A DNA stretch of 64,000 bases. Origin: Phoronis australis. Its lineage: Eukaryota; Animalia; Phoronida. The stretch is from positions 1 through 64,000 of the forward strand of contig NMRA01000293.1 of assembly GCA_002633005.1 (NCBI GenBank), in the 5' to 3' direction. Numbering within the stretch: the stretch's first letter is position 1; each line of letters begins with the position of its first letter. Position numbers and translations under genes: made by a program. Of this stretch, positions 62,555-64,000 are shown piece by piece. The notes beneath the pieces are model-generated. The model searched no databases. It was not told where the DNA came from and saw only the letters and a program-made list of their open reading frames with translations.

Positions 62555-64000
62555 ATTTGTATTGAATGTGGCTCTTTGGGTGGTATAGGTAGCTGGTTGT
62601 TTTTGAGAAATAAGGATAAGTTGTTAAGAGAGTTCAGATTTTGATAAGAATGTTAGTTTTAGCTGCATTGTATATCTGTGATAAGACCATAACAATGTCA
62701 GTAGAAGTATCACATGTCTAACATAAATACATCTTAAATTAGAATTTTAATTAGTCTTAAGTGGTTCCGATGATATTTGAGAGAATGCACTTATTTTGCA
62801 TTATATATATCCTCAACATTTGGGTTTTTGAACATAGGTTGATTACATCTGTTATGTTTATAATCATTTTTCAACATAGTCCTTCCGAAGTTGCATTGGC
62901 TATGTGTATTTTGTCAAATGTTTGCATGTATTTATGTTGTAAATTTTGTTTAAATATCCTTGAGTCTTTAACTGCTGTTGTTTGACTTTAATTGAAATTC
63001 GCCTGTTGTGTTGAAAGGCCTAAGCAAGCAGTTTTTTATTTCGCTTTAGGCTGTGTATGTATTGGGGAAGCAGTTTAGGTGTTAAAGTGGTATTTAATTT
63101 GGGCTTTAAGGCAAAATGTAAATTTTGATTTAGGCCACTAACCTGTGCTGTACATGTAGTTTTGGTATTTGAATTTAGGAGATCCAGCAAGAAATTGTGC
63201 TGATTGAGCTAAATTGGCTATTTACTGAATTTCTGAGCAAATTAACTGCCATTTTTCAGTTTTGTATGTTTGTTTTAATTACTTGATTCCTCCACTGTGC
63301 TTTGTTGATCGTTAGCGACTGCAGACAAAGCTGTGTTTTTCAGACACTATTTGTTGTTGATAATAAAAAGGTCTGCCATCCATTATTTTCTGCTATGAAT
63401 TCCTGACAGTTACTTAGAAATTAATTGAGAAATTGTAATTCTGACACTGAATAAGAAGAGCTTGCATTTATTGTTATAAAACAGCCTGGTTTTGTTATTT
63501 GGATTAGAAAGGATTGTTAAGCTCGAGAATAACTGACGGGTCCTTATGGGGTTAGTTTCAGTCGCCAAATCGGAATAAATTTCAGCTGGACTGGAATGCC
63601 AACTCCCGCGCGTGACCCATGTTTTCTACTAGTATTAGAACTTCCGACTCCGAGATTGCACATGACTGGCCGCGAGAGTTTGCTTGTGAATTTGCCGTTG
63701 CCTGCTCGACTGAGTTTTGATAGTGTTGTAGTTATCAAATCGAGTCTAATTTCATTGCTTCATTTTCATTTTGTCACATACGTTCATGATGGAATCGTCA
63801 AGCGAGATTCTTGAGGTACTGCTCCGGACAATCCGCGATTTCTTGGTAAAATTAGTCAACAAACTCGCCAATTACGCACCGACCTGTGGGCGTGGCAGAT
63901 CGGTGGCCCTGACTGAATGCCGGAAATAGTTGGCCTCTGACATGTATCTTTTCAGCTCCAATCTTACAGCCGCTCTCGACAACCCATCAAACATGTTAGG

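Noticed and set aside
63543-64000. CpG-richer terminal segment as the start of another gene or element
   Set aside because: Truncated by the window end; no ORF, splice pattern or second terminus to support a call.

Overview
Intron-rich, AT-rich eukaryotic genomic DNA from a draft assembly with N gaps, most consistent with a bilaterian invertebrate animal (species not determinable). Four spliced protein-coding genes can be reconstructed by hand with GT-AG junctions and consistent reading frames: MTAP (+, 8 coding exons, 6003-20442, 299 aa), TOE1 (-, 6 coding exons, 30016-23684, 462 aa), a small His-rich membrane protein with a DUF1761-like N-terminus (+, 2 coding exons, 36361-38311, 125 aa) and an ELOVL1/7-like fatty-acid elongase (+, 7 coding exons, 49205-60871, 279 aa). 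The rest is dense with non-autonomous DNA transposons (MITEs, foldbacks, Kolobok-, hAT-, TcMar- and Helentron-like), SINE relics, a Penelope GIY-YIG fragment and a decayed, intron-containing PIN/FEN1-like nuclease gene. Three local duplications sit next to N gaps; at least two are probably uncollapsed haplotypes. I found no clearly new multi-gene system. The best leads are the His-rich DUF1761-like gene, the nuclease relic with its satellite and palindrome arrays, and an inverted transposon pair bracketing the first two ELOVL coding exons. Family assignments rest on remembered motifs, not database searches.
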